A stretch of DNA of 64,000 bases from a virus: positions 1 through 64,000 of IMG/VR virus record IMGVR_UViG_3300035670_010555; one strand, given 5' to 3'. Positions within the stretch are counted from its first letter, which is position 1, and every line of letters starts with the position of its first letter. The position numbers and the translations under genes were made by a program. This document shows positions 58,083 through 64,000 of this stretch, in pieces. The notes under the pieces were generated by a model. The model was not told the origin of the DNA and did not search any database. It saw only the letters and a list, made by a program, of their open reading frames with translations.

Positions 58083-60858
58083 GTTTTTCCTCCCACCCTT
58101 CTTCAGCTAAATCATACATGTAATTAGGACTCAATCCTCTCTTTTCCCAGTATTTGAGTTCTAACTCAGTAATATCTAACACGTCTTCTTGTAATCTATC
58201 TTGGTCACCTTCAGATAATGGGTGTCCATTTATCAATTCACATTGAGACGTTGTGAAGATTCCCCTTTTCTCAGGGTCACTCACAATTAAACCATTTCTC
58301 ACTTCATCTTGAAACACAACCATTAGAGGTTCAATTCGTTTGTTGAATGTTACTATCGCTCTCGGTACATTATAATCACCAGTCAAGGTTGGGTCATTGC
58401 TCAAAATATCTTTGTCTAACATATAACAGTTGACTATAACCCCATCTTTTACTTCAGGGGACTTTGGGTCTTGGAGTTTATTTGCAACATTCAAATCTTT
58501 TAGTTGTTTTACCGTCATCTTTTGAACATCTCCTTGAGAAGCCTTTGTACCATTATTAACATACATGATTACATCACCCAAGTTAACATTCAGTCCTTCT
58601 TGGATTGCAAGTTCCATGTGTGCCATACGAGACATACTATTGCCCGACTTAGTTTTGGTCGTTAATCTTTTCTTGTACTCATCAATAGTTAACTTCACTT
58701 TTGCCCTCTGTGCGATTTTGGAAAGAGGAATTTTTTTGTCATATATTGTCTGAAGATACTCGTAATAGTATTCAACGAACCCTTTCCCGTCCCCTTGTAA
58801 TAACATCTTGATACCTTTATCCAAAAACTCTTCAATATAGATTGGAAGTTTTTTTGACTTGATACTGTTACCCGTGAGTTTAATTTTACCCTTCGCATCC
58901 ATAACCGCATAGTTCTTACGAGCCAAGTTAATACACGATGGCCAAACGCCATCAGTATCCAAAGCCATCTCACCTCTCATGAATATGTCATTATATTCTG
59001 CAACGTCTGCTTCAGGTCCATAATATTCTTTACCCAACTTAACTTTCCAATTCAAACCACGTCCAACATAAACTCTATTCTTAGCATCCTCAGGTGTAGA
59101 AAAGTTCACACCATCAGTATCCATCACCAGTGGAACATATCCTTTGGTCATAAAAAACTTAATCATCTGACGAAGATACTGTCTTCCCGTGCACGTAATT
59201 TGTTCTCCCATATACATGTCACCCCAAGCATAAACCTGAGGAGCCGACAATGCACCGAACATGGAGTTAATAAAGATTTTAATAGGTAATTGTTTGTTAC
59301 CGTAAGACTCAGATTTTTTTCTGTCTGTTTCGTAGTATTGTTCCGCCAAGTTTTTGTATTTGATACGAGTATCTCGGAACCACTTCAACATACCTTTCAT
59401 CGCACCCGTGACATCACAGTCAGGGAATACGTCATGTACCAACTGAATGGAGGGGTATAGAGACGAGAAGTCAAGCTTGAGTACGTCCTTACTATATCCC
59501 ACCTTAAGTAGTCGTGAAAGACCTCCAACGAAGTCAGTCTTAGATTCTTTTGCGGGGATTGCAATGTTATGTTTATAAGACCAAGCCATCATCAACATCT
59601 TCCACAAAGTTGCGGTACCCATAGTAGATACTCTCTCATAGGTAGTTGGAATCATCGCAGCAAGCAAGAATGAACCTTGGTTGAATTCTTGGTCAACTTT
59701 CAAGGTCTCGTCCAAGTCATCGTCAAGATATCGTTCTACCAAGTTGTCTCCTGTTACTTTAAGATAAACATCAGTTCTCTCTTCACAAATCTTGTCTATC
59801 TTGGGGTCTTGTCCAACTTTGCGATAGTTACCATTTTGAGTATTCAACCAAAACTCTTCTTTCTTAGCATAAAACGGACCGATGTCCAAGTGGTCAATAT
59901 AAACTCGGTCAGGTGCCTCAGCGTTAATATATTGTGTAATATACTTCAAACCCGCAGACTTGATACTTGAATTGATTGCTTGTGCTCGTCTTACCGCGTG
60001 AATAATATCAATCACATTGTAACCCCAAATGGAAGTCTGAGTATACAACTCAACTTCGTTCGCAAGTTTCAACATACCCTCTTTTCTTGTGAATGAATGT
60101 TGGGGGTGTAGGGAACGACAAATCTTCTTTGGGTCAATACCCAAGATTTTACATCGTTCAAATATCCAATGCCAGTCAAAGTTTGCTGAGTTATATCCAC
60201 CAATAATACTTGGTTTCAACTCGTCAATAATATTAAAAAATTCTATGATGGCACCTCTTTCTTGAGATTCATCAATACATTCGATAACCTTATGATATCC
60301 TTTGTTGGTTTTGATTCCAATCATGAATATACGACCGTCTTTGGGCTCCAATGCGGTCGTTTCCAAGTCAAATACCAAACGGGTTACTTGATTATAATCT
60401 TCAAATCCTTTGAACAATCTTTTTTCTTTTGAAACAAGATATTGTTCTACCGGAGATAAAATCATTATTTTTTCTTTTGTCTTTTCACCCCACGGATCAC
60501 ACCCTCCTTCTCTGAAAAATTGAATGAGTTCGCGGTATCCTTTCAGAGATTTAACCATAAAGGTCATTCCTCTTTCTAATCTTTCATTGCCGTGTGTGTC
60601 AAGTTTTTCAATCATGATACCATGTTTGGTCATGGCTTCCTTCTGAGCGGCTTTTGAACCACCATAAAAGTTGATGTCTCGTAAATCACCAACCCATGCG
60701 AATGGTGTAAATGTATCCTTACGGATCTCTTTACCCTTACCAGGAATTTCTTTGATTTTGTAGATGGAGTTGGAAGCGTAGTCGAATTCGATTGCGACTA
60801 TAAATTCTTCAGGGTCATTTCCGTGTAGAAACGATTCAATTTCTTTTTCTGTAAACAT
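58069..60858 (-). CDS. Family B DNA polymerase with 3'-5' exonuclease
   Basis: ExoI FDLETT, ExoII YNSANFD, region A DFSSLYPS, region B KIFINSMFG, region C DTDG. Confidence 0.95.
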   Translation of the reverse strand: MFTEKEIESFLHGNDPEEFIVAIEFDYASNSIYKIKEIPGKGKEIRKDTFTPFAWVGDLRDINFYGGSKAAQKEAMTKHGIMIEKLDTHGNERLERGMTFMVKSLKGYRELIQFFREGGCDPWGEKTKEKIMILSPVEQYLVSKEKRLFKGFEDYNQVTRLVFDLETTALEPKDGRIFMIGIKTNKGYHKVIECIDESQERGAIIEFFNIIDELKPSIIGGYNSANFDWHWIFERCKILGIDPKKICRSLHPQHSFTRKEGMLKLANEVELYTQTSIWGYNVIDIIHAVRRAQAINSSIKSAGLKYITQYINAEAPDRVYIDHLDIGPFYAKKEEFWLNTQNGNYRKVGQDPKIDKICEERTDVYLKVTGDNLVERYLDDDLDETLKVDQEFNQGSFLLAAMIPTTYERVSTMGTATLWKMLMMAWSYKHNIAIPAKESKTDFVGGLSRLLKVGYSKDVLKLDFSSLYPSIQLVHDVFPDCDVTGAMKGMLKWFRDTRIKYKNLAEQYYETDRKKSESYGNKQLPIKIFINSMFGALSAPQVYAWGDMYMGEQITCTGRQYLRQMIKFFMTKGYVPLVMDTDGVNFSTPEDAKNRVYVGRGLNWKVKLGKEYYGPEADVAEYNDIFMRGEMALDTDGVWPSCINLARKNYAVMDAKGKIKLTGNSIKSKKLPIYIEEFLDKGIKMLLQGDGKGFVEYYYEYLQTIYDKKIPLSKIAQRAKVKLTIDEYKKRLTTKTKSGNSMSRMAHMELAIQEGLNVNLGDVIMYVNNGTKASQGDVQKMTVKQLKDLNVANKLQDPKSPEVKDGVIVNCYMLDKDILSNDPTLTGDYNVPRAIVTFNKRIEPLMVVFQDEVRNGLIVSDPEKRGIFTTSQCELINGHPLSEGDQDRLQEDVLDITELELKYWEKRGLSPNYMYDLAEEGWEEKLMTV

Positions 60859-60862
60859 TGTC

Positions 60863-60924
60863 TATATACGAGTGGTTTATTGGCTTTCACACTAACGTGA
60901 AGTTTACCTTGCTCATCGTATATA
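60863..60924 (-). promoter_or_regulatory. Structured 5' leader of the DNA polymerase gene
   Basis: TATATACGA/TCGTATATA outer stem enclosing a TTCAC-GTTAGT-GTGAA hairpin; ends 4 nt before the ATG. Confidence 0.5.
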
Positions 60925-60961
60925 AATATTAAACAAATTTATAGACTTATCAAATAGCGGG

Positions 60962-61459
60962 TTATAATAAAAGTTTTGGACTATTTTTGTTTTCCTTTGT
61001 CGTCATCAAATAAGAACCATTTTTTGAAAAAGCTGAAGTAATGATTTTATAATTTTTCAAATCATCTGCTAACACAATAAACTCCAAATAGTTCATAAAG
61101 TACGGTAATCCCAAATCATCTCCTACTTCTTTGATTACTGAAATAGTATTATTTGGTCTTACTAAATCTAACTTTGACATTTTATTTTTTATTTTATCAA
61201 AGTCGTCAATAAAAATACTTCCAATTAATTTATTGGGGGCTCCGACTCTTTCAAAAAATTTTGGGTTGTTAGCAAAATTATAATCGTAAATTTCCACAAT
61301 TTCGTCAAGAGATTTATTTCCTTGTCGTTGATTCCATTGATGGTATGTTGCAGACAAATTTATCAAAAATTTATCATGAACAAAACTCACAATAGGTAAC
61401 GACCCATCAGGTTTTACTTGTTCTAAAATTAAATCGGATAATAGTCGGGTTAGTTTCAT
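60962..61459 (-). CDS. Hypothetical protein
   Basis: 165 aa; N-terminus MKLTRLLSDLILEQ. Confidence 0.7.
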   Translation of the reverse strand: MKLTRLLSDLILEQVKPDGSLPIVSFVHDKFLINLSATYHQWNQRQGNKSLDEIVEIYDYNFANNPKFFERVGAPNKLIGSIFIDDFDKIKNKMSKLDLVRPNNTISVIKEVGDDLGLPYFMNYLEFIVLADDLKNYKIITSAFSKNGSYLMTTKENKNSPKLLL

Positions 61460-61462
61460 AAA

Positions 61463-61840
61463 TTAACAACATGCCGTTTCTGATATGAAACTATCTTGAA
61501 TATTTATGTATAATTCTTCCCTAATTGGTAATATTAAATTACCCTCATCATTTCTAATTAAAAATTGCCCTTGATATCTGCCAATCGTATTTGTATCTCT
61601 TGAACTGAACTTGAAATAAATATAATACTCAGGAGCTGCCCCCAAAGGTAGAATTAAATTAACGATTTCACACGGTGCGGAAACAATCTTAGGAATACCT
61701 GTTTCCACATCAATCATAGTAAAAAATATTGTCGAGACCTCAAGGTCTTCCATGAGTTGTTGGTAACCCGCTCTTCCATCCTTTACTACCTGCATTTTTA
61801 ATACAGGGAGAGTTGCGTTCTTTTTAATATAAAATTCCAT
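61463..61840 (-). CDS. BppU-like (baseplate upper protein N-terminal, Ig-like) protein
   Basis: Start revised to ATG 61840 (MEFYIKKNATLP); ...YFKFSSRDTNTIGRYQGQF; TATTTATT box at 61844-61851. Confidence 0.55.
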   Translation of the reverse strand: MEFYIKKNATLPVLKMQVVKDGRAGYQQLMEDLEVSTIFFTMIDVETGIPKIVSAPCEIVNLILPLGAAPEYYIYFKFSSRDTNTIGRYQGQFLIRNDEGNLILPIREELYINIQDSFISETACC

Positions 61841-61856
61841 AACAATAAATATACTG

Positions 61857-63533
61857 TTATGACTCTTTACGAAGCCCCCTATCGTAATGTTCAAATCTAT
61901 CGTGCTCCGTTGGTGTTAATAACAACAATGCGGGATTTAATTCTCCTTTTTTGACAAGTTGATACATGTGTGACATCCACGTTTGTTCAAACGGGTGTGC
62001 CCAAGTTGTGTCTAAGAACATCTTTTGATTCCCTGTTCTACTAACAATTTGAGGCCAATTGCAATAATAGACCTCACCCGCAGCGTATGGAAGTCCTTTG
62101 TGGGACAAGACTTTGTTGAATTGTGTTTTAGGGGCATTTGGGTCTAACCCAATTTCAGGTAGTCGTGGTTTACCCGGCCAAAATTCTGTCCTAACATGTT
62201 GTGGAACATTATACCAAGACCACTGAGTACCGTTATCACCATAAAATTCAGAATAATTAAGTTTCAAGAAATCGAAGTTTTCTTTTTTAATAATCTCCAA
62301 AGACTTACTGTACAGATTTGGAACGTACCTATTAAAACCATTTCTACAAACTTCACCTTCATTTGGATAAAAAAACATATCATCCTCAAAAAATAAATAA
62401 TAGTCCAAATCCGTTTCATTTTGAAAGTGCTCGGCAATCCATTGTCTTCCCCCACATATTCCCAAATTATCTTTTTTAATATGTTCAAATCCAAATTCTT
62501 CACAAATCTCAGAATATTCTGAGGTAGTTGTCAAATCACTTGAATTATCTAGTAAAAATTTACTTGTTTTATTAAGGTAATCTTTATCGTAAGCCAACAT
62601 CGAATCAATCAAGGTCATAAATTGGTTTGGGCTATTGAATGTGATAACATACAAACCGACTTTGTTTGTATCCAAATTATTTACAACTTGTACTGAACTT
62701 TCATTTTTGGATTTCAAGTTATCATTTTTTAAGTCCTCAAAGAATTTACCAACAAGTCCATTCCCTTCAATTTCAAAGTAATTGAAAAGGTCAGAATGTT
62801 TATAACACATGATACTGAATATAGATTCTTCAGTACCCATGTATCCTTCCTCTAAAGTACTTTTTAACAATCCATAATAAATTCCATTAACATCACCAAT
62901 TGTGTGTTTAGGACCTCCAAAAAAACCACCTCTTGCAACTTTTGTCACTTTATTGCCGGCAATATAATTTAACTTATTATATTCAAATCCATGAATTTCC
63001 CTCTCCGCTCCGTATGGAAAACAAATAAATGAAAATTTGGAAATGTATTTAGATAAGTTATTAAGAACTTTATCATGAGTGAAATAACCTGGATGTACTG
63101 TATTAGTTAATCCACCATCAATCCAAAACATATACTCCGAGTTGAACTGGTCCATAATTTTAGCATCATGTAACAAAAACATTTTGGACATTACTAATGG
63201 ATTGTAGTTTTCTAAACGACCTTGTGTCGATTCTTTTAACCACCCAACTTGGTCATACCACTCAGAACTTGTTCTAATTTTTTGAATTAAAGGAAAAAAC
63301 TCTGAATTGGTAAACCAGCTAAGTGGTCGCACAATAAATTGTGTGTTTTCGGTATTACGTCTTTCAAAAACGAAAGATTTCAGATCTTCGTCTCCAAATA
63401 TAATAAGGTTTTCTTCAACCTTTAATAACTGGTCGAATTTATCCAAATAATGCTGGTAGGATCTACTCCATCCTTCGGTTAATTCTCCTCGACCGATGTC
63501 CCAAATACCTGTAACTAAAGTTATATTACTCAT
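61857..63533 (-). CDS. Two-domain glycosyltransferase: HtrL/YibB-like N-terminal domain plus a GT-A-like C-terminal domain
   Basis: ITLVTGIWDIGR, FWIDGG, GGFFGG, TEESIF; second domain LYVITFNS...NLGICGGRQ...YLFFEDDM. Confidence 0.7.
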   Translation of the reverse strand: MSNITLVTGIWDIGRGELTEGWSRSYQHYLDKFDQLLKVEENLIIFGDEDLKSFVFERRNTENTQFIVRPLSWFTNSEFFPLIQKIRTSSEWYDQVGWLKESTQGRLENYNPLVMSKMFLLHDAKIMDQFNSEYMFWIDGGLTNTVHPGYFTHDKVLNNLSKYISKFSFICFPYGAEREIHGFEYNKLNYIAGNKVTKVARGGFFGGPKHTIGDVNGIYYGLLKSTLEEGYMGTEESIFSIMCYKHSDLFNYFEIEGNGLVGKFFEDLKNDNLKSKNESSVQVVNNLDTNKVGLYVITFNSPNQFMTLIDSMLAYDKDYLNKTSKFLLDNSSDLTTTSEYSEICEEFGFEHIKKDNLGICGGRQWIAEHFQNETDLDYYLFFEDDMFFYPNEGEVCRNGFNRYVPNLYSKSLEIIKKENFDFLKLNYSEFYGDNGTQWSWYNVPQHVRTEFWPGKPRLPEIGLDPNAPKTQFNKVLSHKGLPYAAGEVYYCNWPQIVSRTGNQKMFLDTTWAHPFEQTWMSHMYQLVKKGELNPALLLLTPTEHDRFEHYDRGLRKES

Positions 63534-64000
63534 ATATTCTGTTAAATTCTTCTAAGATTTTATAAAAACTTTTATTTTGTTGGAACAATTCTTCGGAAGT
63601 TCCCCTTGGAGCGTTATCTCTACACCACCAAATATCAAAATGTTTTCGTTCAAAAAGTTCTTTATGGTTATAATACATTAGAGTCATTACAGTTTCTTCA
63701 TGAGGTATACCCTTATCTTCAGGTATAATTTTACTAATATAATTTTCGAACAAAGTGACAACTTCATCCCACTTGCTCTTATGTCCCCCAAACAAACCAC
63801 CAATTATATGTAACCCTCTATCGTATTCTTTGTACCACTTTCTATCAACGGTTCCCGACCAAAAATTTCTATCATTTTCCTTTCCGATAATGATAAATTT
63901 ATCTTTCGTGTCTTCAATTAAATTTTTTAAGAACTCGTTATTGAATAATGAACTTTCATAGTATCTTCTAACAAGACCGTCATGAGTTAAATATTTTAAG
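63526..64000 (-). CDS. HtrL/YibB-like glycosyltransferase, 5'-partial
   Basis: Frame open from 63999 (LKYLTHDGLVRRYYESS...). HIIGGLFGG...HEETVM parallels GGFFGG...TEESIF in the neighbouring gene. Confidence 0.6.
   Translation of the reverse strand, partial: LKYLTHDGLVRRYYESSLFNNEFLKNLIEDTKDKFIIIGKENDRNFWSGTVDRKWYKEYDRGLHIIGGLFGGHKSKWDEVVTLFENYISKIIPEDKGIPHEETVMTLMYYNHKELFERKHFDIWWCRDNAPRGTSEELFQQNKSFYKILEEFNRIYE

Noticed and set aside
60863-60924. Hammerhead ribozyme (CGAUGAG...GAAA resemblance)
   Set aside because: Lacks the CUGAnGA core and the three-stem arrangement
3945-61851. Canonical T4 TATAAATA late promoters
   Set aside because: They would point away from the adjacent genes in every case; reinterpreted as a sense-strand TATTTAT box
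28514-61894. Longer ORF-track starts at 28543, 30565 and 61894
   Set aside because: They run through a hairpin, a promoter box or the upstream gene; the downstream ATGs (28513, 30436, 61840) fit the layout better
5640-63961. Numerous 60-170 aa ORFs antisense to or nested in long genes (e.g. 19747..20142, 27493..27690, 43935..44441, 55243..55572)
   Set aside because: Shadow frames of well-supported genes with no recognisable motifs
1-64000. Stop-codon reassignment, inteins, introns, tRNAs, DGR/reverse transcriptase
   Set aside because: Genes are full length in code 11 and end in TAA, TAG and TGA; nrdA, polB and the helicase have no extra-domain insertions; no such elements were recognised by eye

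Overview
A 64-kb slice of a large, AT-rich T4-like myovirus genome (standard genetic code), most likely infecting a Bacteroidota host. Most genes are on the minus strand. From left to right: a giant Gly-Thr-Ser repeat fibre gene missed by the ORF track (1..3940, running off the window), a SprB-repeat protein, baseplate wedge genes (gp7/gpI-, gp6/J- and gp25-like), an insulated replication operon (gp32-like SSB, UvsX/RecA, 5'-3' exonuclease, DnaB-like helicase, nrdB, nrdA), a giant hub protein, a gp53/LysM-like protein, a tube-initiator protein with an OmpA-like insert, a tape-measure candidate, a tail chaperone, tail tube, HAD phosphatase, tail sheath, tail terminator and neck genes, an SNF2 helicase, a SOD-nuclease fusion, family B DNA polymerase and HtrL-type glycosyltransferases. 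Best leads: (1) a probable +1 programmed frameshift at UUU_UUU_CGU_C joining the tail chaperone to an unannotated downstream frame; (2) a two-tier promoter system, with a Bacteroidota -33/-7 promoter for replication genes and a sense-strand TATTTAT box (the reverse complement of the T4 late box) before structural genes; (3) about 270 uninterrupted proline-free Gly-X-Y triplets, with phage glycosyltransferases in the same window; (4) a SOD/PD-(D/E)xK fusion and other enzymes carrying possible prohead-protease leaders; (5) a structured 5' leader on the polymerase gene. All family assignments come from motif recognition by eye; no searches were run.
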